From an uncultured Chitinophagaceae bacterium (GTDB lineage: Bacteria; Bacteroidota; Bacteroidia; Chitinophagales; Chitinophagaceae): a stretch of DNA of 30,640 bases. How positions within the stretch are numbered: the first letter of the stretch is position 1; each line of letters begins with the position of its first letter. Shown here piece by piece: positions 1 through 8,487 of the stretch. Location: assembly GCA_903841915.1 (NCBI GenBank), contig CAIMKO010000182.1:1-30640 (forward strand). Reading direction: 5' to 3'. Below the pieces are notes generated by a model. The model worked only from the letters and a program-made list of their open reading frames with translations, was not told the DNA's origin and did no database searches. Made by a program: the position numbers and the translations under genes.

Positions 1-906
1 AATATGTATTTAAACAAACTTCCAAGTACCGGCTCATTTTTAGCTGTTTCTGTTTCAGAAGAACTAGCATCTGCATTATTAGGAAGAACATCTAAATTAT
101 CTTCTGCTCAATTAAAAGAAACTGCAAAAGGATCTTATGTTTCTGAAATTAAAGTGAATGCAACTAAAACAACGACCGATCTGCAAAGCAGCAATGTATT
201 GGGCATGTTGCCGGGAACTGACAAAGCTGATGAGTATGTTTTCTTAACGGGCCATTACGATCATTTAGGCAAACGCGGTGATGTGATCTATTATGGTGCT
301 GATGATGATGGCTCAGGTACTACATCGGTGCTGCAAATGGCAGAAGCTTTCAGTGCTGCAGCCAAAAAGGGTTACAAGCCAAGGAGAACAATCATTTTCA
401 TGACAGTAAGCGGCGAAGAAAAAGGTTTATGGGGTTCTCAGTATTATTCAGAACATCCGATCTATCCTTTGGACAAAACAAGTGTTGATCTGAATACAGA
501 TATGGACGGTAGAGTAGACACAGAAAGAAAGACACCGGATACTTTAAATTATATCTATGTGATCGGTCATGATAAATTAAGCAGCGAATTGCCTGTTATC
601 AATGAAGGCGCAAATAATAAATACACCAAGCTAACATTGGATTACAGATTTGATGATCCCAAAGATCCAAACATGATCTATTACCGCAGTGATCATTATA
701 ATTTTGCCCGCAAAGGTGTTCCTGTTTTATTTTTCTATGATGGAATGCTGAAAGCAGATTATCATCAACCTTCAGATACCGTTGATAAGATCAATTTCGA
801 TCTGATGGCAAAAAGAGCACAGTTAGTATTTTACACCGGATGGGAAATGGCGAACAGAGACAATATGTTGAAACGCGATACACCATTAAATATGCCGTCA
901 AGATAA
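1..906 (+). CDS. M28 family metallopeptidase/aminopeptidase, C-terminal part (5' end lies outside the window)
   Basis: M28 zinc-site motifs in order: GHYDHLG, GADDDGSG, SGEEKGLWGS, LNTDM, RSDHYNF, DYHQPSD. The frame is open to the window edge and there is no signal peptide, so the ATG at 4 is probably internal. Confidence 0.9.
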   Translation, partial: NMYLNKLPSTGSFLAVSVSEELASALLGRTSKLSSAQLKETAKGSYVSEIKVNATKTTTDLQSSNVLGMLPGTDKADEYVFLTGHYDHLGKRGDVIYYGADDDGSGTTSVLQMAEAFSAAAKKGYKPRRTIIFMTVSGEEKGLWGSQYYSEHPIYPLDKTSVDLNTDMDGRVDTERKTPDTLNYIYVIGHDKLSSELPVINEGANNKYTKLTLDYRFDDPKDPNMIYYRSDHYNFARKGVPVLFFYDGMLKADYHQPSDTVDKINFDLMAKRAQLVFYTGWEMANRDNMLKRDTPLNMPSR

Positions 907-926
907 CCCTCTAAATAGTTTTCTTT

Positions 927-960
927 AAAAGAACCATCGTTTTATGATGGTTCTTTTTTT
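927..960 (+). terminator. Intrinsic terminator after the M28 gene
   Basis: AAAAGAACCATC (927-938) pairs with GATGGTTCTTTT (946-957) and runs into a T tract. Confidence 0.85.
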
Positions 961-1040
961 ATGCCCCAAACTTATCAAAGGGTTTTTCATTTATTGTTTA
1001 ATCAACTGCTATAAATAACTTCGCTGCTTAAATTGCTCAT

Positions 1041-3116
1041 ATGAAATTCATGCCAAGCTTTGCTGTTGCATTTTTGATGCTGATCATTTTTCAGGCAAAT
1101 GCAAGTTCTACTATTACTGTAAATTCTCCCAATCAGATCGTACAGTTGAAACTGGCAACAGAACCCGATGGTTCTGTCTGGTACAGTGTTTCACGAAAAG
1201 ATAAAGCTGTGATACTTCCCTCTACTTTCAGCTTTAAACTAAGTAAACCACAGACTGTATTAAATCAATTCAACATCATAGCAATTGATTCATCAGTTGT
1301 AAATGATACATGGCAACCTGTTTGGGGTGAATTGAAAAACATTCATAACAATTACAAACAACTGTCTTTGACCTTGACCGATAAAAACAATTCAGGTATT
1401 ATCATTAAGCTGGTATTCCGTGTTTTTGACGATGGCGCTGCATTCCGTTATGAATTTCCCGAACAAAAACATTTGAAGCATTTTATCATTGAAGAGGAAG
1501 CAACACAATTCAAATTAACAGGCGATCATAAAACTTTTTGGATCCCCGGCGACTATGATAGCAATGAGTTTCTGTACAATACCACAAAACTGAGCGAAGT
1601 AGATGCATACAAAGCAGAAAAAGAAGAAACAGCAATCGGTGTTACCTCTCCATTTAGCGCCAATGGGGTACAAACGCCATTGATGATGAAAACAACGGAT
1701 GGTTTGTATATCAATATCCATGAAGCTGCATTGCTGAATTATTCCGGAATGCAAATATTGATCGATAAGAAAAATCTCACCTTAACTTCTCAACTCGTTC
1801 CGGATGCTTATAACAATAAAGCTTATTTGATCACTCCTGCGGTTACTCCATGGAGAACGATCATCGTGAGTGACAAAGCAACGGATATCCTTGCTTCAAA
1901 AATGATCCTGAATTTAAATGAGCCTTCAAAAATTAAAGATGTTTCTTTCATCAAACCACAAAAATTTGTAGGTGTTTGGTGGGAGATGTTTAACGGTAAA
2001 TCCGCATGGGACAGTGCTACGCATCATCATGGTGCAACAACTGCTAACGTAAAAAAATATATTGACTTCGCCTCCAAACACGGCATTGATGGGGTACTCG
2101 TGGAAGGATGGAACAGAGGTTGGGAAGACTGGTACGGTCAATGGAAAGAAAATGTTTTTGATTTCATCACACCTTACAGCGATTTTAATATTGATGAATT
2201 GACTGCCTATGCAAAAGCAAAAAATGTTCGCATTGTTGCGCACCATGAAACATCGGGATCTGCAACAAACTATGAACGTTATATGGATACCGCCTATCGT
2301 TTCATGATCAATCATAATCAGAATACGGTTAAGACAGGTTATGTTGGAAAGATCATTCCGCGTGGCGAACATCATGATGGTCAGTGGATGGTGAACCATT
2401 ATGTGCGAGTGGCCGAAAAAACAGCTTCATATAAAATAATGCTGGATGCACATGAACCTGTAAGACCAACAGGATTATACAGAACCTATCCCAACTGGAT
2501 GGCTTGCGAAGCAGGACGTGGTACGGAATTCAACGGATTCAGCCATGGTAATGCACCCGAACATGAGACCATCATGCCTTTTACAAGATGGATGGGCGGA
2601 CCGATGGATTATACACCGGGCATATTTAAAATGCACCTGACACAATTTGACCCGAATAAAAAAGAAGGCGTGCATACAACACTCACCAAACAATTAGCAT
2701 TCTATGTGGTTATTTTCAGTCCGATCCAAATGGCTGCCGATATGCCCGAAAATTATGAAGCACATCTGGATGCTTTTAAATTTATTGAAGATGTGGCTGT
2801 TGATTGGGATGATACAAAAATACTGGAAGCAGAGCCGGGCGATTATGTAACGATTGCACGTAAAGCAAAAAATACTGACAATTGGTTTATAGGTGGCATA
2901 ACAGATGAAAATGCAAGAACATCAACGGTTGATCTTAGTTTCCTGGATGCCAATAAAAAGTATGAAGCCACTATTTATCGGGATGCGGAAGATGGACATT
3001 ACGACAGCAATCCGGAAGTGTATGTAATTGAAAAGAAAACGGTTGACAGCAAAACGATCTTAAAATTAAAAGAAGCAGCAGGCGGTGGCTATGCCATTAG
3101 TTTGAAGAAGTTGTAA
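1041..3116 (+). CDS. Glycoside hydrolase family 97 alpha-glucosidase (SusB-like, inverting subgroup), secreted
   Basis: Signal peptide. GH97 motifs LVEGWN, AHHET, DAHEP, CEAGRGTEF, GGPMDYTPG and SPIQMAADMPENY. The glutamate pattern matches SusB-type inverting enzymes. Confidence 0.93.
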   Translation: MKFMPSFAVAFLMLIIFQANASSTITVNSPNQIVQLKLATEPDGSVWYSVSRKDKAVILPSTFSFKLSKPQTVLNQFNIIAIDSSVVNDTWQPVWGELKNIHNNYKQLSLTLTDKNNSGIIIKLVFRVFDDGAAFRYEFPEQKHLKHFIIEEEATQFKLTGDHKTFWIPGDYDSNEFLYNTTKLSEVDAYKAEKEETAIGVTSPFSANGVQTPLMMKTTDGLYINIHEAALLNYSGMQILIDKKNLTLTSQLVPDAYNNKAYLITPAVTPWRTIIVSDKATDILASKMILNLNEPSKIKDVSFIKPQKFVGVWWEMFNGKSAWDSATHHHGATTANVKKYIDFASKHGIDGVLVEGWNRGWEDWYGQWKENVFDFITPYSDFNIDELTAYAKAKNVRIVAHHETSGSATNYERYMDTAYRFMINHNQNTVKTGYVGKIIPRGEHHDGQWMVNHYVRVAEKTASYKIMLDAHEPVRPTGLYRTYPNWMACEAGRGTEFNGFSHGNAPEHETIMPFTRWMGGPMDYTPGIFKMHLTQFDPNKKEGVHTTLTKQLAFYVVIFSPIQMAADMPENYEAHLDAFKFIEDVAVDWDDTKILEAEPGDYVTIARKAKNTDNWFIGGITDENARTSTVDLSFLDANKKYEATIYRDAEDGHYDSNPEVYVIEKKTVDSKTILKLKEAAGGGYAISLKKL

Positions 3117-3124
3117 TGAATAGA

Positions 3125-3160
3125 ACACAGATGACACAGATATAACTGATCATCGCAGAT
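3125..3160 (+). repeat. Short 9-bp-period ACACAGAT-type degenerate repeat
   Basis: ACACAGAT at 3125-3132 and 3134-3141, then degenerate AACTGAT (3144-3150) and GCAGAT (3155-3160). Confidence 0.55.
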
Positions 3161-3165
3161 TTTTT

Positions 3166-3195
3166 CTAAGCCCCGTCATTAATGGCGGGGCTTAG
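3166..3195 (+). terminator. Intrinsic terminator after GH97, between convergent genes
   Basis: CTAAGCCCCGTCATT/AATGGCGGGGCTTAG inverted repeat with one G-U pair, followed by TTATTT. Confidence 0.8.
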
Positions 3196-3237
3196 TTATT
3201 TATAATGCAACAGACTATAAAAAATCAGGGTCTTTTG

Positions 3238-3735
3238 TTACTGAACCTTTTTTAAGGTTGACCAAATTTCCATGCCCCCATTTTGCGGTGTTTGTATAGT
3301 GATAAGAAGTAGTTTGTCTTTGAGTTTGTATATTTTTTGTGCTTCATTTTTTTTATGACGATCTGTGGTTGTAATAGTAGAGCTCTCTTCATCAACTATG
3401 TAAGAGATTTTATAATCTGAAGCAGGCCCCTGCCCATAATAAATCTCTCCTGTTCCATCCTCATTGAACTGATAAAACATCTGTCTCATTATTTCAAAAG
3501 CTGGCCTCATGCTTTTCGTTGCAGAATCTATTGATATGTTTGCTTTCGAAAGATTCGCTTTTCCGGAATCGCCCATTATGATAGAATCTTTATCAAGATC
3601 GTAAGTAACAATATTTTTAAATTCTTCTACCGCTAAAACCCATTTACCAATAATATCAGATTTTTTGATTTTGGTTTGAGCATTGATCTGAAAGGATAAC
3701 AAAATCAACGAAAGAAAGAAAGCGATTTTTTTCAT
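3238..3735 (-). CDS. Hypothetical secreted protein, possibly lipocalin-like beta-barrel
   Basis: Start moved to ATG 3735 (MKKIAFFLSLILLSFQINAQ is a clean signal peptide). The IIGKW and YQFNEDGTG patterns recall lipocalin-like domains, which is inference only. Confidence 0.7.
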   Translation of the reverse strand: MKKIAFFLSLILLSFQINAQTKIKKSDIIGKWVLAVEEFKNIVTYDLDKDSIIMGDSGKANLSKANISIDSATKSMRPAFEIMRQMFYQFNEDGTGEIYYGQGPASDYKISYIVDEESSTITTTDRHKKNEAQKIYKLKDKLLLITIQTPQNGGMEIWSTLKKVQ

Positions 3736-3867
3736 GATTGTCATTTGAAAGAACAATTTCAAAATATTTTATTCAACAGCTTGCAACAAAAAAGACCCTG
3801 AAAAAAATCAGAGTCTTTTATTTATCTCATTTGCAAATTTGCACATCAAATAATTTGCACATTCGCA

Positions 3868-4842
3868 TTACCATCCCAAGATCCACGCAAACATTAACGG
3901 CGCAACGATCGTTGCATCACTTTCTACAATGAATTTTGGTGTATGGATATCTAATTTACCCCAGGTAATTTTTTCGTTTGGAACAGCCCCACTATAAGAA
4001 CCGTAAGAGGTTGTGCTGTCACTAATTTGGCAGAAATAACTCCAGAAAGGAACGTCATGCCATTCCAGATCCTGATACATCATCGGCACCACACAAATTG
4101 GGAAATCGCCTGCAATACCGCCACCGATCTGGAAGAATCCAACACCTTTGCCGCCACTGTTGGCACGATACCATTCGGTTAAATAGATCATGTATTCAAT
4201 ACCGCTTTTTACGGTACTTGCTTTTAATTCGCCCTTGATCACATAACTCGCAAAAATATTTCCGGTAGTACTGTCTTCCCATCCCGGAACGATGATCGGA
4301 ATATTTTTTTCGGCAGCCGCTAATATCCAGCTGTCTTTCGGATCAATTTCATAATACTGTTCCAGTTCTTTGCTCAGCACCACTTTGTATAAAAACTCAT
4401 GTGGCAAATATCTTTCACCTTTTGCTTCGGCATCTTTCCACTGTTTCACCAAATGTTTTTGCAGGCGGCGGAACGCTTCTTCCTCGGGAATACAGGTATC
4501 GGTAACACGATTGTAATGATGCTCTAAGAGGTCCCATTCGTCCTGTGGGGTCAGATCACGATAATGAGGGACCCTTTTATAATGAGAATGAGCAACAAGG
4601 TTCATCACATCTTCTTCCAGGTTGGCACCGGTACAGCTGATAATATCCACTTTCCCCTGACGGATCATTTCAGCAAAAGAGATCCCTAATTCGGCGGTGC
4701 TCATGGCACCGGCCAGTGTGACCATCATTTTGCCGCCTTCCAGCAAATGTGTTTCATAGCCTTTTGCCGCATCCATCAGGGCTGCAGCGTTGAAATGGCG
4801 GTAATGGTGTTCGATAAACTGAGAAACGGGTCCTTTACTCAT
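3868..4842 (-). CDS. Deoxyhypusine synthase-like protein (probable homospermidine synthase)
   Basis: DHS motifs TLAGAMST, ISCTGANLEED, PGWEDSTTG, IGGGIAGDF, SYGSYSGAVPNEKITWGK (catalytic Lys of the WGK motif retained) and SDATIVAPL. Confidence 0.92.
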   Translation of the reverse strand: MSKGPVSQFIEHHYRHFNAAALMDAAKGYETHLLEGGKMMVTLAGAMSTAELGISFAEMIRQGKVDIISCTGANLEEDVMNLVAHSHYKRVPHYRDLTPQDEWDLLEHHYNRVTDTCIPEEEAFRRLQKHLVKQWKDAEAKGERYLPHEFLYKVVLSKELEQYYEIDPKDSWILAAAEKNIPIIVPGWEDSTTGNIFASYVIKGELKASTVKSGIEYMIYLTEWYRANSGGKGVGFFQIGGGIAGDFPICVVPMMYQDLEWHDVPFWSYFCQISDSTTSYGSYSGAVPNEKITWGKLDIHTPKFIVESDATIVAPLMFAWILGW

Positions 4843-4860
4843 AACTTGCTTTTAGTGGCG

Positions 4861-4868
4861 CAAAAGTA
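4861..4868 (-). promoter_or_regulatory. Bacteroidota -7 promoter box for the DHS-like gene
   Basis: TACTTTTG on the minus strand fits TAnnTTTG, followed by CGCC, 18 nt before the ATG. Confidence 0.6.
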
Positions 4869-4950
4869 ATTTTTTTGCGTCGGTTTTACGAGAAATAAAG
4901 AGTTAAGCTTTTATCAGTTGGAAATTATAGTTTTAATTTGCAAACCCGCA

Positions 4951-5880
4951 ATGAAGAAACTCATCAGCATATTGATCCCCGTTTTTAATGAAGAGGGGAA
5001 TGTACCTGCCATTACGGAAGCGATTCGTACAGTTTTTGAAAATATCCATTTCGATTATGAGATCGTTTTTGTGAATGACGGCAGCGCCGATAATAGTTTG
5101 GCCATTATTAAAGAGATTGCAATTACACAAAACAATATCTTCTATATTTCATTTTCAAGAAATTTTGGTAAGGACAATGCATTATTGGCCGGATTTAAAT
5201 ACTGTAAGGGCGATGCGATCATAACGATCGATGCCGACATGCAGCATCCACCCGAAATGATCCCCGGTATGCTGCAATTATGGGAAGAAGGAAATGATGT
5301 GGTGTATACCTATCGTTCCGACAGAAATCAACACGCCAGTAATTTTAATCAGTTCACCTCAAGAATGTTTTATAAAGTGATCAATAATCTTTCTGATGTT
5401 GATCTGGAAGATGGTATTGCCGATTATCGCCTATTGGATAAATCTGTGGTGGGTGTATTTAATAATTTACATGAAGACAGGCCTTTTTTTCGCGGTTTGA
5501 TAAAATGGGTTGGATTTCAGCAAAAAGGCATTCCTTACATGCCCAAACCAAGAGTTACCGGCGAAACTAAATACAGCGCTAAAGCATTGGTCAGATTGGC
5601 ATTGCAGGGGATTACATCTTTCAGTGTAAAACCACTGACCATTGCGATCTATCTGGGACTGACCTTTTCGTTATTATCTACTTTATATATTCCTTATGTA
5701 TTGATCAGTTTGTATAAAGGATATGCTATATCGGGATGGACGTCGATCATCGTTACCATTGCTTTTTTTGGCGGTTTGCAATTAATGATATTGGGAATAC
5801 TGGGAATTTATCTGGGAAAATTATTCATGCAAAGCAAACAGCGGCCACACTTCATCATTAAAGAAACCAATCTTTACTAA
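4951..5880 (+). CDS. GT2 polyprenol-phosphate glycosyltransferase (GtrB/ArnC/CsbB type)
   Basis: SILIPVFNEEGNV, VNDGSADNS, FSRNFGKDNAL, ITIDADMQHPP, DYRLLD, RPFFRGLIKWVGF and two C-terminal TM helices. Start moved to ATG 4951. Confidence 0.92.
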   Translation: MKKLISILIPVFNEEGNVPAITEAIRTVFENIHFDYEIVFVNDGSADNSLAIIKEIAITQNNIFYISFSRNFGKDNALLAGFKYCKGDAIITIDADMQHPPEMIPGMLQLWEEGNDVVYTYRSDRNQHASNFNQFTSRMFYKVINNLSDVDLEDGIADYRLLDKSVVGVFNNLHEDRPFFRGLIKWVGFQQKGIPYMPKPRVTGETKYSAKALVRLALQGITSFSVKPLTIAIYLGLTFSLLSTLYIPYVLISLYKGYAISGWTSIIVTIAFFGGLQLMILGILGIYLGKLFMQSKQRPHFIIKETNLY

Positions 5881-5901
5881 ACTTAGGTGCGTACCATTAA
5901 T

Positions 5902-7110
5902 ATGAGCGAAAACAAAACAAAGAAATGGTTTAGTTCAGGTGCTTTCTTGCACGATAAAACCTTAGCGCTTGTTTTATGGTTTGGTTTAGCTTTCATTGCT
6001 GTGCTGCTTGATTTTCTTCATGGGATGACCAATAACTACATCATCTTTAAATATGTGTACATACATACCCTGCAACACACAAATCTTTATTTGGAATATC
6101 CGCAGCAGTATGTTGATGTAAATTTATATGGTCCAGTTTTCAGTATGGTGATCGCACCATTTACATTATTGCCCGATTGGTTGGGAATTATTTTCTGGGG
6201 AATGTTTAATACGGCTATTTTATATGTAGCGATCCGAAAATTACCCATTGAAGCAAAATGGCAATACGCGATCCTTATTTTAAGTGCACACGAAATGATG
6301 AATGCCGCATCCTGGCTGCAAAGTAACCCCCTGATCGTTGCCTGTATCATTCTTGGATTTGTATTCATTCATGAAGGGAAAAATATCTGGGCATTATTTT
6401 TTATTATGCTGGCCACATTTGTTAAGCTCTATGGCATTGTTGGATTTGCTTTCTTCTTTTTTAGCAAGGATAAATTGAATTTTATTAAATGGGCCTTTAT
6501 TTGGGGTGCCGTATTTTTTGTCTTGCCCATGCTGCTGGCACCACCATCCTTTGTGATGCAATCATATCATGACTGGTATGCTGCACTTACTTTTAAAGCC
6601 GCAAAAAATGTCAGGCTGGATATTCACAATGATTATCAGGATATTTCTGTGATGGGAATGATCAGAAGAATATTCAATTACCCCGAGTTTAAAAATATCT
6701 ATATCACCATTCCTGCAATGCTCATATTCGGATTGCAATATTTGCGTTATAACTATTTTTCTGATCTACGATTCCGACTCTATCTTTTGTGCTCTGTGCT
6801 GATCACAACAGTGATCTTTACTACCAGTGCAGAATCCCCAACTTATATCATTGCATTTCCTGCGGTGTGTATCTGGTATGTATTGCAGCAGCACACTAAA
6901 ATGATCAATGCTGTATTTATTTTTGCGCTTTTACTAACGAGTTTTTCTTATTCAGATATTTTTACGCCGTATGTCCGTGACCATATTATCAGGCCTTATT
7001 CCTTAAAAGCATTGCCTTGTTTTGTGTTGTGGATATTGATCGCCTGGCAGATCTTTTCAAAACAATTTTTGTCTGTTGACCGTACATTAATCTTAGAGAA
7101 AGCAGCATAA
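5902..7110 (+). CDS. GT87/DUF2029 family polytopic membrane glycosyltransferase (GT-C, lipid-linked donor)
   Basis: About 10 hydrophobic segments. NNYIIFK, NLY...YGPVFSMVIAPF, QSNPLI, FVKLYG and AESPTYIIA patterns are typical of Bacteroidota DUF2029/GT87 proteins. Start moved to ATG 5902. Confidence 0.82.
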   Translation: MSENKTKKWFSSGAFLHDKTLALVLWFGLAFIAVLLDFLHGMTNNYIIFKYVYIHTLQHTNLYLEYPQQYVDVNLYGPVFSMVIAPFTLLPDWLGIIFWGMFNTAILYVAIRKLPIEAKWQYAILILSAHEMMNAASWLQSNPLIVACIILGFVFIHEGKNIWALFFIMLATFVKLYGIVGFAFFFFSKDKLNFIKWAFIWGAVFFVLPMLLAPPSFVMQSYHDWYAALTFKAAKNVRLDIHNDYQDISVMGMIRRIFNYPEFKNIYITIPAMLIFGLQYLRYNYFSDLRFRLYLLCSVLITTVIFTTSAESPTYIIAFPAVCIWYVLQQHTKMINAVFIFALLLTSFSYSDIFTPYVRDHIIRPYSLKALPCFVLWILIAWQIFSKQFLSVDRTLILEKAA

Positions 7111-7119
7111 ATTCATTGC

Positions 7120-7911
7120 ATGAAGCAAGCCGAGCGATTTATCATATTGAGTTTTGATGTGGAGGAATTTGACCTTCCTCTGGAATATGGAGAAAATATT
7201 TCTGCAGAGGAACAATTCATGATTGGTAATGCCGGAACTGAAAGCATTGCTACAATACTGGACCAACACGAAATAAACTGCAGCCTTTTTACCACCGCTA
7301 ATTATGCGATGCATTTTCCGCAACAGATAAAAGCATTGGCAAAGCAGCATGAAATCGCTTCGCATACATTTTATCATTCATCGTTTCAAAACGAAGATCT
7401 CTTAGCATCAAAATTAAAGCTCGAAGAAATTTCAGGAACAACGGTATCCGGTTTGCGAATGCCAAGGATGCGGAAAATTGAAATGGAAGAAGTGAAAAAG
7501 GCAGGATATATATACGATTCGTCCATTAACCCAACTTTTTTGCCAGGGAGATATAACAATCTTCATCTGCCCCGAACATTATATAAAGAAGAGGATATTT
7601 TTCGCTTGCCCACGTCGGTCACTCCCCATTTACGCATTCCTTTATTCTGGCTGGCATTTAAGAACCTTCCATACTTTGTTTTTAAACAAATGGCTATTCA
7701 AACTTTGCGGAATGATGGCTGCCTCAGTCTGTATTTCCATCCATGGGAATTTATTGACATTAATCAATATAAAATACCCGGCTACACCAAAAGACTATGC
7801 GGCATCGCTCTTCAGCAAAGAATGCATCAGTTAATTAAAGATCTGAAAAAAGAAGGCCAATTCATTACAGCCCAAACCTATATCAATGAGAAAAGCCCTC
7901 TTATACAATAA
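7120..7911 (+). CDS. Polysaccharide deacetylase family protein (CE4/NodB-like, DUF3473-like), cytoplasmic
   Basis: LSFDVEEFD, SLFTT, HEIASHTFYH, GLRMPR, YDSS and YFHPWEF motifs. No signal peptide. Confidence 0.88.
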   Translation: MKQAERFIILSFDVEEFDLPLEYGENISAEEQFMIGNAGTESIATILDQHEINCSLFTTANYAMHFPQQIKALAKQHEIASHTFYHSSFQNEDLLASKLKLEEISGTTVSGLRMPRMRKIEMEEVKKAGYIYDSSINPTFLPGRYNNLHLPRTLYKEEDIFRLPTSVTPHLRIPLFWLAFKNLPYFVFKQMAIQTLRNDGCLSLYFHPWEFIDINQYKIPGYTKRLCGIALQQRMHQLIKDLKKEGQFITAQTYINEKSPLIQ

Positions 7912-7919
7912 AAGGGCTT
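7891..7919 (-). terminator. Probable terminator for the minus-strand gene 7942..8394
   Basis: AAGCCCT (7893-7899) / AGGGCTT (7913-7919) stem with inner TTAT/ATAA pairing, followed by a T run on the minus strand. Confidence 0.5.
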
Positions 7920-7941
7920 CATGATCGGAATGGTTTATTCT

Positions 7942-8394
7942 CTATTTCAGTTTTTGTTGAAATTCACTCACTTCCCCGGATAATGAGACCTGAAGTACCA
8001 CTAGTTGTGAAGATTTTTCAAAAGAAACAAAATAATTCTTTTCCCCTTCTGCATTTATGTATTCAATACATTCTTTCAGTTTGTAGGGAGGATAAGGATA
8101 TTTTTCTGCAATATTTGCGATTGCCTTTTTAGGCAATTTGGCAAAATTAAATTCGCGTGAAGTACCGATCAGATCCCCATCACCGCTGTAAAATGCATCA
8201 GTTACTTTTTCGTCATACACAAAGGATGCTTTTATAAAATTGGAACTGATCTTCCAGTTTACATTTTCCGCTCCTTTAAACTCGTTGCTGAAATTGTTCA
8301 ATACTTTGCTGTTAACTGCAGATGTATTTGGATCTGCGAAGGCACTTGTTCCGATTGCTACCGCGATAAGCGCTGTGATAAATAACTTTTTCAT
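7942..8394 (-). CDS. Hypothetical small secreted protein, possibly PepSY-like/beta-lactamase-inhibitor-like fold
   Basis: Signal peptide MKKLFITALIAVAIGTSAFA. The 'F..EF.GA.NV.W' and 'AFY...G.LIGTS' patterns recall a Bacteroidota secreted family. The fold call is inference. Confidence 0.7.
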   Translation of the reverse strand: MKKLFITALIAVAIGTSAFADPNTSAVNSKVLNNFSNEFKGAENVNWKISSNFIKASFVYDEKVTDAFYSGDGDLIGTSREFNFAKLPKKAIANIAEKYPYPPYKLKECIEYINAEGEKNYFVSFEKSSQLVVLQVSLSGEVSEFQQKLK

Positions 8395-8446
8395 GGTTTT
8401 AAATTTTAAAGTTTGTTATAAAAGTTTTTTTGTTTGTCTGTTTTGA

Positions 8447-8487
8447 TTTGACATGTCAAAAGTAGAGGCACATGAAAATGAAACGAA
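8447..8487 (-). promoter_or_regulatory. Promoter of 7942..8394 with an overlapping 14-bp palindrome
   Basis: Minus strand TTCG(8487-8484)-N19-TACTTTTG(8464-8457). The perfect palindrome TTTGACATGTCAAA (8447-8460) overlaps the -7 box. Confidence 0.55.

Noticed and set aside
1515-2693. Antisense ORFs inside GH97 (1515..1754, 1926..2399, 2475..2693)
   Set aside because: They lie fully opposite a well-supported gene, have implausible Cys/Phe-rich composition and no motifs. These are shadow ORFs.
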